Shown piece after piece: positions 24,127-24,225 of a DNA stretch of 24,225 bases. Origin of the DNA: a virus (taxonomy: Duplodnaviria; Caudoviricetes); IMG/VR virus record IMGVR_UViG_3300014656_000138, positions 1 through 24,225 of that record. The stretch is one strand, 5' to 3'. How positions within the stretch are numbered: position 1 is the first letter of the stretch; the number at the start of each line of letters is the position of its first letter. A program made the position numbers and the translations under genes. Below the pieces are notes generated by a model, which was given only the letters and a program-made list of their open reading frames with translations, ran no database searches and was not told the DNA's origin.

Positions 24127-24225
24127 CTAGAGTTTGAACGCACCGACAACCAGGTCGGCGTATGCGCTGTACGTCATGACCACGCGGCCCGTTGATGCAT
24201 TGAATATCCCCGGATCGAATGGCCC
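24127..24225 (-). CDS. C-terminal fragment of upstream gene (probable tail terminator/completion protein)
   Basis: Open frame GPFDPGIFNASTGRVVMTYSAYADLVVGAFKL* running off the window edge; function inferred from synteny only. Confidence 0.5.
   Translation of the reverse strand, partial: GPFDPGIFNASTGRVVMTYSAYADLVVGAFKL

Larger units (their letters stand above)
1..24225. mobile_element. Siphovirus-like phage/prophage segment (early + replication arm convergent with tail + lysis arm)
   Basis: Tail tube/chaperone/tape measure/Dit/hub synteny on -, replication initiator, G39P-like, RusA and many small coupled ORFs on +. No host housekeeping genes, integrase or att site visible, so prophage vs free phage cannot be decided. 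Confidence 0.95.

Noticed and set aside
1-24225. CRISPR array, tRNA, rRNA, integrase/att sites, stop-codon reassignment
   Set aside because: None recognised by eye; long genes translate cleanly in the standard bacterial code. A tRNAscan/CRISPR scan would be needed for certainty.

Overview
The whole window is part of a tailed-phage (siphovirus-like) genome or prophage with two convergent arms meeting at 13294/13296. The + arm (1-13294) is a dense, translationally coupled early/replication region. It holds about 35 mostly small ORFs, including an excisionase-like HTH protein, a Gp3/RDF-like putative recombination protein, an RHH + sigma70-region-4 regulator, a replication initiator, a G39P-like helicase loader/inhibitor, two relics of Gp37/Gp68 (DUF5131) radical-SAM genes, and RusA. 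The - arm (13296-24225) is the end of the late operon: tail tube, frameshifted G/GT chaperones, tape measure, Dit, a baseplate/fibre protein, a beta-helix + Gp37-like hub fusion, a lipoprotein, an M23 endolysin and a holin-like gene. A free-standing LAGLIDADG endonuclease sits antisense inside the tail module. A C-terminal FLPVVR motif suggests a Chloroflexota host (inference). The most notable non-coding signal is a c4-antisense-like structured leader in front of the replication initiator, with its target box repeated in duplicated hairpin leaders downstream. All family calls are by motif recognition; no database search was run.
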